A stretch of 64,000 nucleotides of DNA from an uncultured Mycoplasmatota bacterium (lineage in GTDB: Bacteria; Bacillota_I; Bacilli_A; RF39; UBA660): the NCBI GenBank assembly GCA_900546275.1, contig URCH01000005.1:7828-71827 (forward strand), in the 5' to 3' direction. Each line of letters begins with the position of its first letter. Positions within the stretch are counted from its first letter, which is position 1. A program made the position numbers and the translations under genes. Below the pieces are notes generated by a model. The model worked only from the letters and a program-made list of their open reading frames with translations, was not told the DNA's origin and ran no database searches. This document shows, piece after piece, positions 43,349-54,189 of the stretch.

Positions 43349-45307
43349 ATGGATGTTTTTAATGAATTATTAGAAAATATAAAAATTGAAAGGGAAAATG
43401 AAAAACCATGTTCTAAACCATATAAATGTGGAAATAAAATACCAAAAAAAATTCAAAAAGTTTTAGAAGAAATTGATCAAAATAGAAATCATTCATGGGC
43501 TGTTGAAATGTATAACAGAAATGAAAAAAATATGAGTGCAGTAGCTTTATTTTATCGTGGAAATAAAATAACATATAAAGAAATGTTTGAAAAAGCATTT
43601 ATGTATGCTAAATCATTAAAAGCACTAGGATACAAGAAAGGTGATCAAATTCCAGTTTGTATTACTAATACTCCTGAGTTTATATATATGCTTTTAGCTA
43701 TTAGTTTTATAGGTGCGCAAACACATGCAGTTGGAGAATGGTTTGATAAAGATTATTTAAAAGAAATATTAAATAAAACAAATAGTGAAACTATATTTAT
43801 TGATGATACATCATATGAGTCTATAAAAAATTCAATATGTGAAAGTAACATAAAAAGAATTGTTTGTTTTTCATTAACAAATTCTTTAAAACAAGGTAAT
43901 GAAAAAATAAATCCATATGCCGAAATAGAAAACAAATTTCATATAATAACAGATAATTTTGAATATATAAAAAGCGATTATAATGGAATAACATTTAATG
44001 AAGAAAATTTTATAAAAATGGGAGAAAATTATAAACAACAAGTAATAGAAAATGTTGATTTAAACGATATTTCTACTATAACATATACAAGTGGAACAAC
44101 ATCACCAGGACGTCCTAAAGGAGTTATTCAATCAAATAGAAGTTACATTACACTATCAAGATTTAAAGAATCAGATGTTTCTGGAATGCCTACTATGAAA
44201 AATTTAACAGTACTTGCTCATATACCAACATATACACATATGGAATTATCATGTGCAATATCAGATACATTATATTGTGGATGTACAATAGCGCTAGAAC
44301 CATTTTATGATAAAAACTTCTTTCCATATTCACTTGTAATAAATAAACCAAACTTTGTATGTGCAAGTACAGGTTTCTGGGGTAATTTATGTAAACTATT
44401 AAACTTTGATGAATCATGGAAACACGTTAATATGCCTTACCTAATGATTCCAACAGTAACAGGAGAAGGATGCTCAGTTGGTGAAGAAAAATTCTTTAAC
44501 TTTACAGCAAGAAAGCATAAATTTGGAACAGCAAAATTACCTTTCCCACTTTCACCAGTCACTTTTTCGATAGGTGGTGGAACAACAGAAAGTAGTGGGA
44601 TTTTTGTAACACTATATAAATCATTACAAGAAAAAAAATTAAATCATTTAATAAAAAAAGAACGTTTGGGATTAAGACCATATAAATTTGCAGAAATTGA
44701 AGTACTAGATGAATTTGGAAACTATTGTGATATAGAAAAACCAGGATTATTAGTTGCTAAAAACCCTTGTGAAATGACTGGGTATACAGATGAAAAATTA
44801 AATAAAAATACACACGTTGTTGATTCAAAAGGAGTTAGTTGGTTAAGTCTTGGAACATATGCATACAAAGACAAAACTGGTGGAATAAAAATGAAGGGTA
44901 GAATGGGTAGTGACTTAATTTTAAAAAACAACCATAAAATACCATATTACTATATAGAAGATACGATTTTATCAGACACAAAAAATATAATGTCTTGTTC
45001 AGTAGTTTCTAATAATGGAATTTTAATATGTCATATAGAATTTCAACCTTTTGCTCAAAAATCAAAAACAGAAATAATCAAAAGCATAATCAATAGATTA
45101 GAAGCAAAATATGAAGAAGAAGTAACACAAAAGCTATACTTTAGATTTAGGGATAATGTAGAATCATTTCCTTTAGATCCAAGTGGAAAAAGAAGTATAA
45201 GTACATTAAGTAAAATAGGTATAGACGAAAAAACATTTTCATTTGAACAATGGAAGAAAAAATATACTGTGGAAAAAGAAAAAGTAAAAATCCTAGGAAA
45301 GAAATAA
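43349..45307 (+). CDS. AMP-binding (adenylate-forming, acyl-CoA-synthetase-like) enzyme
   Basis: ITYTSGTTSPGRPKGVIQSNRS matches the AMP-binding core motif (T)SGTTGxPKG. Start moved to ATG 43349 behind AGAGGGG. Confidence 0.75.
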   Translation: MDVFNELLENIKIERENEKPCSKPYKCGNKIPKKIQKVLEEIDQNRNHSWAVEMYNRNEKNMSAVALFYRGNKITYKEMFEKAFMYAKSLKALGYKKGDQIPVCITNTPEFIYMLLAISFIGAQTHAVGEWFDKDYLKEILNKTNSETIFIDDTSYESIKNSICESNIKRIVCFSLTNSLKQGNEKINPYAEIENKFHIITDNFEYIKSDYNGITFNEENFIKMGENYKQQVIENVDLNDISTITYTSGTTSPGRPKGVIQSNRSYITLSRFKESDVSGMPTMKNLTVLAHIPTYTHMELSCAISDTLYCGCTIALEPFYDKNFFPYSLVINKPNFVCASTGFWGNLCKLLNFDESWKHVNMPYLMIPTVTGEGCSVGEEKFFNFTARKHKFGTAKLPFPLSPVTFSIGGGTTESSGIFVTLYKSLQEKKLNHLIKKERLGLRPYKFAEIEVLDEFGNYCDIEKPGLLVAKNPCEMTGYTDEKLNKNTHVVDSKGVSWLSLGTYAYKDKTGGIKMKGRMGSDLILKNNHKIPYYYIEDTILSDTKNIMSCSVVSNNGILICHIEFQPFAQKSKTEIIKSIINRLEAKYEEEVTQKLYFRFRDNVESFPLDPSGKRSISTLSKIGIDEKTFSFEQWKKKYTVEKEKVKILGKK

Positions 45308-45358
45308 TCTTTCCTTTTTTTTGAATGAGTGGTAAAATCTACAATAGAGGTGTATGTT

Positions 45359-47239
45359 ATGAGCAATTTTTTTTACTTTATATTATGTGGATTTATTTTT
45401 TCTTGTTTTTTAAATATAATATATTTTTCTAAAAAACACGTAAAAACAGGTGAAACAAAAATATTTTCTATCTTATTAATTGTGAACCTAATAAGTTTAG
45501 CAAGCGAACTTGCTTGTTCATATATAGGTTATACATTTTTAGAAAATACAATATATACACATGTAATGACAAAAATATATTTAATCTGTTTAATGACATT
45601 TTTATTATATATGACACTTTATATTTACGTTATATGTTATGTTGAAAGCAAGAGAGAAAATAAAAAACGCTATAAAAAATTAAAGTTAATATCATACATT
45701 ATTTGGTTTATTTGCGCTATTATAGAAATTTTGTTACCAATAACAACAGAAAGTGGTTATGCAACAGGATTAGCTGTAAATTGGTTATATATATGTTCAA
45801 CAATAGTACTTATAATTTGGGTAATACCACTTATAAAAAACTTTAAAATAATCGATAAAAGAAAAATACTTCCTATATTACTATTTGTAATATTTATGTC
45901 AGTAATTGCATTCATACAAAAACTATATCCAAATATTACAATAGTTACAGTAATGGAATTTTTAATAATTTTTATTATGTATCATACCATAGAAAATCCA
46001 GACGTAAAACTATTAGAAGAAGTAATAATGGCTAAAAACCAAGCAGAAAAAGCAAATAGAGCAAAATCAGATTTCCTATCAAGTATGAGCCATGAAATAA
46101 GAACACCATTAAATGCAATAGTAGGATTATCTGAAGATATCGCACAATATAAAAATGAAGTTCCAAAAGAAGTAGTAGAAGATTCAGATGATATAATAAA
46201 TGCTTCACAAACATTACTTGAAATAGTTGGTAACATACTTGATATAAATAAAATAGAAAGTAATAAAATGGAAATTATAGAAGGAACTTATAATTTTAAA
46301 GAAACAATAACTAAAATGTGCAGAGTAACATCAACACGTATTGGAGAAAAACCAATAAGCTTTAAATTAAACATAGCAGAAGATATTCCATATGAATTAA
46401 TTGGAGATAGAGGAAAAGTAAAAGAAATAATAAATAACCTACTTACAAATGCAATAAAATATACAGAACAAGGAGAAATAAATTTAAAAGTAAAATGTGT
46501 AAATGATTTAAATAAAAAAATGACAAACCTAATAATAACTTGTCAGGATACAGGAAGAGGAATAAAAGCGGAATATATAAATAAATTATTTACAAAATTT
46601 GAAAGACTAGATATAGAAAAAAATACAACTGCAGAAGGAACAGGACTTGGACTTGCAATTACAAAATCATTAATAGAAATGATGGGTGGCAAAATAAATG
46701 TTGAATCAAGATTTGGACAAGGTTCAATATTTATGGTTAATATTCCACAAAAAATAAGTAAAATATCTGCCCCTATGACAGAAAAAGAAATCATGGATAC
46801 TGCAAGCAATTTATTTGGAAGAAAAGAAAATAACTTACAAGAAGAAACAAATATTTCGTTTGAAAAATATAAAGGTAAAAAAATACTTGTTGTAGATGAT
46901 AATAAATTAAATATAAAGGTAGCAAGACGTGCATTACAAAACTTTGAATTTGAGATAGATGAGGCAGAGGATGGACAAGTATGTTTAGATAAAATAAATG
47001 CAGGAAATGAGTATGATCTAATACTAATGGATATAATGATGCCAAATATGAGCGGAGAAGAAACAATAAAAAAACTAAAAGAAAATAAAAACTTTAATAC
47101 ACCAGTTATAGCGTTAACAGCAGATGCATTATCAGGTGCTAAAGAAAAATATATGCAAGAAGGATTTGTAGATTATATAGCAAAACCTTTCTCAAGAGAT
47201 CAAATAAAAGAAAAATTAGATAATATATTTAAAGATTAA
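45359..47239 (+). CDS. Hybrid sensor histidine kinase/response regulator with a multi-TM N-terminal sensor
   Basis: About 6-7 TM helices. H-box [18 protein letters not shown], HATPase_c G-boxes ([14 protein letters not shown]), and a C-terminal receiver ([28 protein letters not shown]). Start moved to ATG 45359 (RBS AGAGGTG). Confidence 0.88.
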   Translation: MSNFFYFILCGFIFSCFLNIIYFSKKHVKTGETKIFSILLIVNLISLASELACSYIGYTFLENTIYTHVMTKIYLICLMTFLLYMTLYIYVICYVESKRENKKRYKKLKLISYIIWFICAIIEILLPITTESGYATGLAVNWLYICSTIVLIIWVIPLIKNFKIIDKRKILPILLFVIFMSVIAFIQKLYPNITIVTVMEFLIIFIMYHTIENPDVKLLEEVIMAKNQAEKANRAKSDFLSSMSHEIRTPLNAIVGLSEDIAQYKNEVPKEVVEDSDDIINASQTLLEIVGNILDINKIESNKMEIIEGTYNFKETITKMCRVTSTRIGEKPISFKLNIAEDIPYELIGDRGKVKEIINNLLTNAIKYTEQGEINLKVKCVNDLNKKMTNLIITCQDTGRGIKAEYINKLFTKFERLDIEKNTTAEGTGLGLAITKSLIEMMGGKINVESRFGQGSIFMVNIPQKISKISAPMTEKEIMDTASNLFGRKENNLQEETNISFEKYKGKKILVVDDNKLNIKVARRALQNFEFEIDEAEDGQVCLDKINAGNEYDLILMDIMMPNMSGEETIKKLKENKNFNTPVIALTADALSGAKEKYMQEGFVDYIAKPFSRDQIKEKLDNIFKD

Positions 47240-47245
47240 AAAACT

Positions 47246-47274
47246 TTGTACGATTAACAATAATATGATATAAT
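47246..47274 (+). promoter_or_regulatory. Sigma-A-type promoter
   Basis: TTGTAC (47246-47251), 17-nt spacer, TATAAT (47269-47274). Confidence 0.5.
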
Positions 47275-47317
47275 TAAATCAGTGAGTAAGGCACTATTTA
47301 TAAGAAAGAGGTAGAAT

Positions 47318-48112
47318 ATGAACGAAAAGAAAAAAGGTATAATAGTATTAGCTGTTCTTCTATTATTTGTAGCTTTAGTAGTAGCATTTATAATAATAGA
47401 TAACGTTAATTCAAAAAAAGAATTAGACAAATTTATGAAATATTATAATTCACAAGAAACAACATTAGTTATGCTTGGAAAAGAAGGATGTTCTTATTGC
47501 GAAGCATTCCAACCAGAACTTGATTTTATGGCAGAACAATATAATTTTAAATATGAATATATTGCAATGGATAAATTAAATTCAAACGATTACAAGAAAC
47601 TACTTGATATAGTAGAAGTAAGTTCGGAAGATTTTGGAACACCATATACATTTGTTGTAGAAAATGGTAAAAAAATCGATTCATTAGCTGGTGCAGTAGA
47701 AGAATCAGAATTATTAGATTTCCTAAAAAAATATAACTTTGTAGGAGAAGACGCTAAATTATTAATAAATTATATTGATTACAATAAATATGATGAATTA
47801 CTAAAAAGTTCTACTAAACAAATAATTGGAATAGGAAAAACAACATGTATATATTGTAAAATGTCTAAACCAGTATTAAATAGAATCATCAAACAATATG
47901 GAATCACTATAAATTATTTGAATTTAGATTCATTAAAAGAAGAACAATTAAATTCACTATATAATTCATTAGAATTCTTTACAACAGAAGAATGGGGAAC
48001 ACCAACATTCCTAATAGTTGAAAATGGAAAATTAGTTGATTATATATCAGGACTTCAAACAGATAGTAAGTTTGTATCAATATTTAAAGAATATGGTTTA
48101 ATAGGAGATTAA
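47318..48112 (+). CDS. Membrane-anchored protein with two thioredoxin-like domains
   Basis: N-terminal TM helix followed by two homologous halves, each with a CxxC (GKEGCSYCEAFQPEL; GKTTCIYCKMSKPVL) and a GTPT(F)-type cis-Pro loop (FGTPYTFV, WGTPTFLI). Confidence 0.7.
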   Translation: MNEKKKGIIVLAVLLLFVALVVAFIIIDNVNSKKELDKFMKYYNSQETTLVMLGKEGCSYCEAFQPELDFMAEQYNFKYEYIAMDKLNSNDYKKLLDIVEVSSEDFGTPYTFVVENGKKIDSLAGAVEESELLDFLKKYNFVGEDAKLLINYIDYNKYDELLKSSTKQIIGIGKTTCIYCKMSKPVLNRIIKQYGITINYLNLDSLKEEQLNSLYNSLEFFTTEEWGTPTFLIVENGKLVDYISGLQTDSKFVSIFKEYGLIGD

Positions 48113-48113
48113 T

Positions 48114-48566
48114 ATGGAAAGTTTAGTATATCAAAAAGTAAAAGAGTTCAAAAACAAATACCCAATGACAATATCATGGAGGTTAAAAAAACATGCAAAA
48201 GTTGTAGAAGAACACTTAAATAGCGATGAAAAGGTTTTATATGCTTTTGCTGCTCAAAAAAATGATAATCCTATAGATATAATTACAACAAATGTTATCG
48301 CAATTACTAATAAAAGAATCGTATTAGGTCAAAAAAGATTATTGTTTGGTTATTTCTTCACATCAATTACACCAGACATGTTTAATGACTTAAAAGTAAA
48401 AATGGGACTAGTATGGGGAAAAATATATATTGATACAGTAAAAGAATTTGTAACTCTATCAAATATACAAAAAGCTGCACTTAGCGAAATAGAAAGTGCA
48501 ATATCAGAATATATAATAGAAGAAAAAAAGAAATATGCTAAACGAGAAGTAGAAAAAAACGTATAA
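48114..48566 (+). CDS. Bacterial PH-domain (YdbS/YdbT-like) protein, tentative
   Basis: 150 aa. EKVLYAFAAQ..TNVIAITNKRIVLGQKR resembles the bPH pattern. Starts 1 nt after the upstream stop. Confidence 0.45.
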   Translation: MESLVYQKVKEFKNKYPMTISWRLKKHAKVVEEHLNSDEKVLYAFAAQKNDNPIDIITTNVIAITNKRIVLGQKRLLFGYFFTSITPDMFNDLKVKMGLVWGKIYIDTVKEFVTLSNIQKAALSEIESAISEYIIEEKKKYAKREVEKNV

Positions 48567-48599
48567 TATTTATACGTTTTAATTGTAAAGAGGTAAAAA

Positions 48600-49850
48600 A
48601 TGAAAACAAAAATAAGCAAATACATAATTTCAATACTATTTATATTAATATTTATAAGAATCTCATATTTATTTTTAAGAAATAAAATAGAAAATAAATA
48701 TGAATTAAAATATAACGATTATTTAATTAAAGTAGAAGAAAAATATGAAAAATCAAAAACAGATAATTTAGATGCTTATAATTATAAAATACTAGTTGAT
48801 AATGCAGAATATAATTTTCAAATATTTGATAATTTATATAAACAAGAAAAGAATATAAAAAAAATATATTATTATGATAATTCAGATTATAAATGTATAT
48901 ATCCTATTTTTAAAAACAAAAAGCAATATATAGATATAATTTGTACAGATTCTAAAGAATATAATTATTATCACAATATAAATGATAAAAGTGAAACCTT
49001 ACAAGAATTTGCTAAAAACATTAAAGAATATAATGAAAATCAATATGATAATATAAAAGAATTAGAAGAAATTGATAATGTAAAAATAACAAAAAAATTT
49101 GACACGTTCGGATTCATGTCAAATTATAAAGGATTTTATGATTTAAAAAACAAAAAAAATGTTCAATTATTTAAAAAAGATATATATAATCAAACATTAA
49201 ATTATTTTCTAGATAAATATTATATAGTTGCTGATTATAATCAAACATACGAATTTGATAAATTAATTATAGTTGATATGACAACAGGAAAACAAAAAGA
49301 AATTATCTGTTATCCTAAAATATCATTTGATTCATATATACAAGGTGAAGTAAATAATGAATTATATTTATATGATAAAAAAAATAAAAAACAATATAAG
49401 ATTAATCCTAGTAAACTAAGTATAGAAGAAATCGGTAACTACGAAAAAGGAATAAAAATATATAAAAATAATGAATGGACCATAGAAAAGAGTTCAAATT
49501 GTTCAAATAATGAAATATTATTTGAAAATAAATATTATACAAATATGAAAGATAATACTTATGAAAAAATAGAAAAGTTAGGTACAGAATTAGGTTATTA
49601 TTATTTTTATAAATTAGAGGATGAAACATATAAAATTTATAGATCAACAATAGATAATACGGAAGATAAAATATATTTATTTGAAACAAAAACAATAAAT
49701 CAAATAAAATATTATAAAGCTGAAGTATATTATATAGATAATGATGAACTAAAAAAGTATTCAGACACAAATGGAACAGAAGTAATTGCTTCATTTAAAG
49801 AATTGGAATTTAATAATACAATAAAATTCGGAGTATACAAAAAGAGCTAA
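48600..49850 (+). CDS. Hypothetical membrane-anchored protein
   Basis: 416-aa ORF with an N-terminal TM helix (IISILFILIFIRISYLFL). K/N/Y-rich; no family recognised. Confidence 0.5.
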   Translation: MKTKISKYIISILFILIFIRISYLFLRNKIENKYELKYNDYLIKVEEKYEKSKTDNLDAYNYKILVDNAEYNFQIFDNLYKQEKNIKKIYYYDNSDYKCIYPIFKNKKQYIDIICTDSKEYNYYHNINDKSETLQEFAKNIKEYNENQYDNIKELEEIDNVKITKKFDTFGFMSNYKGFYDLKNKKNVQLFKKDIYNQTLNYFLDKYYIVADYNQTYEFDKLIIVDMTTGKQKEIICYPKISFDSYIQGEVNNELYLYDKKNKKQYKINPSKLSIEEIGNYEKGIKIYKNNEWTIEKSSNCSNNEILFENKYYTNMKDNTYEKIEKLGTELGYYYFYKLEDETYKIYRSTIDNTEDKIYLFETKTINQIKYYKAEVYYIDNDELKKYSDTNGTEVIASFKELEFNNTIKFGVYKKS

Positions 49851-49853
49851 AAA

Positions 49854-50516
49854 TTATTTTTTGCTCTTTTTAAATAAATCAAATCTTAAATCAGGAAATG
49901 CTTTTACTATTCTTCTAAAAAAATAACCTTTTGACATAATTTCTGATTTTACTTTTTTTGAAACTTCATTAGTAGAATCCTTTCTTAAATTTGAAGCTGA
50001 AATTTTAATCTTTTTGATAATATTACAAGATAAAATAACATCTAAAATAAATAAAACAAATAAAGTGCAACTTATAATATTAAATAATAAAGGATTAATC
50101 TTTAATAATAAATTACTAAAAAATGGATTTATGAATTTTATTAATAAGACACCTAACATACCAAATGCAATAGAATTAATTAAACAAATTCTCCCATTTA
50201 AATTGAAAGGTTCATTAGTATAATCCCACCAACGAGCTTTAAAAATTTTTTCCATGATATAACTTGTCAAATATTCAGTTATAGAACAAATTATTATTGA
50301 CATAAAAAATAAAACTAAAATATCTTCTTTATAACGTGATAACAAAAATATCATAATTAAAGAAGCAGAGCCATAAATAGGACAATAGGGACCTATTAAG
50401 AAACCTCTATTTGCAAATTTTTGTTTAAGAATAACATTAACACAAAACATTTCAATAAGCCATCCTATAAATGAATAAATAAAAAATAATGCGAAATAAA
50501 ATAAAACTTCTTTCAT
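49854..50516 (-). CDS. Polytopic membrane protein of the putative ABC-transporter type IV (CmpB-like) family
   Basis: The FFIYSFIGWLIE N-terminal motif and about 6 TM helices match my recollection of that family. Start moved to the ATG at 50516, 4 nt after GGGAGG. Confidence 0.55.
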   Translation of the reverse strand: MKEVLFYFALFFIYSFIGWLIEMFCVNVILKQKFANRGFLIGPYCPIYGSASLIMIFLLSRYKEDILVLFFMSIIICSITEYLTSYIMEKIFKARWWDYTNEPFNLNGRICLINSIAFGMLGVLLIKFINPFFSNLLLKINPLLFNIISCTLFVLFILDVILSCNIIKKIKISASNLRKDSTNEVSKKVKSEIMSKGYFFRRIVKAFPDLRFDLFKKSKK

Positions 50517-50598
50517 AAATCCTCCCAATGATAAAAATTATACCACGAATAATTGAATAAGTAAACTTTTTGTGCTATATTAAAAAAGGAGGAAATAT

Positions 50599-51783
50599 AT
50601 GGAAAAAGTTGGTATTGTTTTGTCGGGTGGTGGAGCCAGAGGATCATATCAAATTGGAGTTTGGAAAGCATTAAACAAACTAAAAATTAAATATGATGTT
50701 GTTACTGGAACAAGCGTTGGAGCATTAAATGGATTATTATTTGTTCAAAAAGATTATAAAAAAGCTTATAAAATATGGAAAAATATAGGTTATGATTTTT
50801 TATTTGACGATGCTGAAAAATTGAATATAACTACTGAACATATATATAAAACATATATTAGTGAATTTTTTAAACATGGCGGTATGGAAGTAAAACAATT
50901 AGAAAAACAAATTGAAATTGCATATGATGAAAAAAAATTCTATTCTTCGCCAGTGGACTACGGAATAGTAGTATATAATCTTACTAAATTAAAACCAGAA
51001 ATGTTAACAAAAAATATGTTAACAAACGAAAATATTAAAGACTATGTTTTAGCATCAGCAAGTTGTTTTCCAACATTTAAAATGAAAAATATTGAAGGAA
51101 TGAATTATATAGATGGTGGATATTACGATAATATGCCAATAAACTTATGTGCTACACTAGGTGCAACAAAAATAATTGCTGTTGATATGAAAGCAATAGG
51201 AATTAAAAGAAAAACTAAAAATAAAAATTTAGATATAACAATAATAACACCTAATAATAAAATAACACCTACATTTGTTTTTGACTCAGATTTAGCTGTA
51301 AAAACAATGAAATTTGGATATAATGATACAATGAAAGTTTTTGGGAAATATGTTGGTAAAAAATTCACATATAAAAAGAAATCATTTGAAAAATATAAAA
51401 ATAAAAAAACAAGTAAAAATAATATAGATAAGATACTATCATATTATCCGTTAAAACATCAAAAAACAATATATGAACTTTTAGTAAGTAGTCAATTACT
51501 TGATATAATTGAATACCTTGGGACAACTTTTTCTATAGAAGAATCTAAAATATATAGTATAAAAAAATTTAATAAACTACTTATAAAAAAGTTAAATGAA
51601 ACACAAACAAAAGAATTTAATATAAAAGATAAATTTAAAACTAAGAAAAACATACAAAATAAAGAGTATGTTAAATATATTACTCAATCTATATATAATC
51701 AAGATGAAAAAGTAATAAAAAAATCAATAAATGAAACACCAAAAGAATTTATCTCAGCACTTTATTTATACACAATTTTATAA
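50599..51783 (+). CDS. Patatin-like phospholipase
   Basis: Oxyanion GGGARG, nucleophile elbow GTSVG, and catalytic DGG (NYIDGGYYDN). Confidence 0.88.
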   Translation: MEKVGIVLSGGGARGSYQIGVWKALNKLKIKYDVVTGTSVGALNGLLFVQKDYKKAYKIWKNIGYDFLFDDAEKLNITTEHIYKTYISEFFKHGGMEVKQLEKQIEIAYDEKKFYSSPVDYGIVVYNLTKLKPEMLTKNMLTNENIKDYVLASASCFPTFKMKNIEGMNYIDGGYYDNMPINLCATLGATKIIAVDMKAIGIKRKTKNKNLDITIITPNNKITPTFVFDSDLAVKTMKFGYNDTMKVFGKYVGKKFTYKKKSFEKYKNKKTSKNNIDKILSYYPLKHQKTIYELLVSSQLLDIIEYLGTTFSIEESKIYSIKKFNKLLIKKLNETQTKEFNIKDKFKTKKNIQNKEYVKYITQSIYNQDEKVIKKSINETPKEFISALYLYTIL

Positions 51784-51798
51784 CAAAAGGAGAAACAT

Positions 51799-52806
51799 AT
51801 GAAAAAAAGAATATTAACAGGAATAAGACCGACAGGAAATCTACATATAGGACATTATTTTGGAGCTGTTCAAAATTGGATAAAACTACAAGATGAATAT
51901 GAAATGTTTATTGAAATAGCCGATGTCCAAGCACTTACCGATAACTTTAATAATCCAGAAAAAATAAGAAAAAGTTTAAAAGAATTAACAATAGATTTAT
52001 TATCAGTAGGAATAGATCCAAGTAAAGTAACTATTTTTATACAATCAATGATACCACAAATTGCAGAATTAACAGTATTTTATTCAAACCTAGTAACTAT
52101 GTCTAGATTATATAGAAACCCAACTGTTAAGACAGAAATAGCTCAAAAAAAAGAATTATTTGGAAACCAAGGTGAAAGTGTTACATATGGGTTTGTGGGT
52201 TATCCAATCAGTCAAGCAGCGGATATAACGTGCTTTAAAGGAAGATATATACCTGTTGGAGAAGATCAATTGCCTTTGATAGAACAAACACGTGAAATTG
52301 TTAGAAAATTTAATTCAATTTACAATTCTTCGTTAGTAGAACCAGAAGCATTACTTACAAAGGAAAGTAGAATAAAAGGATTAGACGGAAACGAAAAAAT
52401 GGGAAAAAGCCTTGGAAATGCAATATACCTTATAGATGATGAACAAACAATAACAAAAAAAATAATGTCTGCTTTAACAGATACTCAAAAAATAAAAGCA
52501 AATGATCCAGCAAATCCAGATGTATGTATGGTTTATTATTATCACAAACTAGTAAATAAACAAAATGTTAACACAGTATGTGAGGAATGTAAAAAAGGTG
52601 CAAGAGGCTGTGTAAATTGCAAAAAAGAATTAATTCAAAAAATGAATGAGTTTTTAAATCCATTTAGGGAAAAACGAAAATATTATGAAAATAATATGAA
52701 TGAAGTAGATAACATATTAAAAAATGGAACAAAAAAAGCACAAGAAGAAGCGCAACAAACAATAAAAGAAATAAAAAAAGATATGAAAATAGACTATTAT
52801 GAATAA
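51799..52806 (+). CDS. trpS: Tryptophan--tRNA ligase
   Basis: ILTGIRPTGNLHIGHYFGA (HIGH motif) and KMGKSLGN (KMSKS motif). Class I TrpRS length, plus a Cys cluster near aa 245-275. Confidence 0.95.
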   Translation: MKKRILTGIRPTGNLHIGHYFGAVQNWIKLQDEYEMFIEIADVQALTDNFNNPEKIRKSLKELTIDLLSVGIDPSKVTIFIQSMIPQIAELTVFYSNLVTMSRLYRNPTVKTEIAQKKELFGNQGESVTYGFVGYPISQAADITCFKGRYIPVGEDQLPLIEQTREIVRKFNSIYNSSLVEPEALLTKESRIKGLDGNEKMGKSLGNAIYLIDDEQTITKKIMSALTDTQKIKANDPANPDVCMVYYYHKLVNKQNVNTVCEECKKGARGCVNCKKELIQKMNEFLNPFREKRKYYENNMNEVDNILKNGTKKAQEEAQQTIKEIKKDMKIDYYE

Positions 52807-52978
52807 AATAAAGTAAAAAAGTATTATAAAAGTATTATAGATATTATTTAATATAATACTTTTTTATTTGTATTTAAAACTTTTGTTTTTAAAAATCAAA
52901 TCTTTGTAAGTTCAAATTTTTATGAATTTTGATTTTAAAAAATCTATGATTTGTTAAGATTTGTGATAGGGAGAATAT

Positions 52979-53797
52979 ATGAAAAATATAATTATAAACT
53001 TATTAAAAGGTATAGTGATAGGAATTGGAAAGATAATTCCTGGAGTAAGTGGCGCAGTTATAGCAATTAGTTTAGGTGTATACGAAAAGGGTTTAGAAGC
53101 AATAACTAAAATTAATAAAGAAAATATAAAATTTTTGATAAATATAGGAAGTGGAATTGTAATATCAATAATATTATTTAGCAAGTTAATATTATATTTT
53201 ATGAATAATTATTATCTACCAACAATGTTGCTATTTATAGGTCTTATAATAGGTGGTACTTTTGAGCTAAAAAAAAATATCAAATTTGATAGAAAAATCG
53301 ATATTGTTATACTTTTAATATCAATAATTTTAATGTATTTAATTAGTATATTAAAAAATCCACAAAATAATGTAATGCTTCAAATGAATGTACATACATA
53401 TATAAAATTGATATTTGCAGGTATATTAGATGCATTTGCAACAGTTTTTCCAGGGATAAGTGGGACAGCACTTCTAATGTTGTATGGATGCTATAACACA
53501 ATAATGATGGCGCTTAGTAATGTACTGCAATCTAGCTTGATTGTATCTAATTTATTTGTACTAACTTCATACGGAAGTGGAATGTTAATTGGAATAATAA
53601 TGTTTTCTAAAATCATAACATATTTGTTCAAAAAATATTCAAAGCAAACAAGTATTTTCATATTAGGGATAAGTGTTTCAACAATATTTATGCTTTTAAA
53701 AGACACAATTGGTATGAGTAAAAATATAATTGAGATTATATTTTCAATATTTTTACTTGTAATTGGATATTTTTTATCAAGAAAAATAATTAAATAA
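52979..53797 (+). CDS. DUF368-family membrane protein (polyprenyl-phosphate transporter PopT-like)
   Basis: LLKGIVIGIGKIIPGVSGAVIAISLGVYEK and a second FPGISGTALLMLYG repeat are the duplicated DUF368 signature. Confidence 0.75.
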   Translation: MKNIIINLLKGIVIGIGKIIPGVSGAVIAISLGVYEKGLEAITKINKENIKFLINIGSGIVISIILFSKLILYFMNNYYLPTMLLFIGLIIGGTFELKKNIKFDRKIDIVILLISIILMYLISILKNPQNNVMLQMNVHTYIKLIFAGILDAFATVFPGISGTALLMLYGCYNTIMMALSNVLQSSLIVSNLFVLTSYGSGMLIGIIMFSKIITYLFKKYSKQTSIFILGISVSTIFMLLKDTIGMSKNIIEIIFSIFLLVIGYFLSRKIIK

Positions 53798-53825
53798 CAT
53801 ATCATATATAGAGGTGACACGAATA

Positions 53826-54155
53826 ATGGAAAAAAAGCCAAATGTATTTGTTAATAAAATAAATAAGGCGATACATAATAATGAAAATGTGTATTTTTCA
53901 CAGGGAGAAAAAATAGAAAAGGAGGAGCAAAAAAATACAACTAATTTTGAACTGCCATCAAAAACAATAGAACAAAAAATTAAAGAAATCTTTGATTCTA
54001 ATACTTATATATACAAAGCAGATGTAGAAATCACAACAAAAGATACTAAAATGACGAAAAGATTAATAGGAAAAAATGGTAAATATTTAATCACAATGGA
54101 TAATGAGCTTATCCCAATAGAAGAAATAACAGATATAAAAAATAAAAATGATTAA
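53826..54155 (+). CDS. Small hypothetical protein
   Basis: ATG 53826 lies 8 nt after AGAGGTGA; the track's GTG start sits inside that RBS. 109 aa, no family recognised. Confidence 0.5.
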   Translation: MEKKPNVFVNKINKAIHNNENVYFSQGEKIEKEEQKNTTNFELPSKTIEQKIKEIFDSNTYIYKADVEITTKDTKMTKRLIGKNGKYLITMDNELIPIEEITDIKNKND

Positions 54156-54157
54156 AA

Positions 54158-54183
54158 TAAAAAGCGAGGAAACCCGCTTTTTA
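54158..54183. terminator. Bidirectional terminator between convergent genes
   Basis: AAAGCG (54161-54166) pairs with CGCTTT (54175-54180), flanked by an A-run and a T-run. Confidence 0.55.
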
Positions 54184-54189
54184 AAATGT

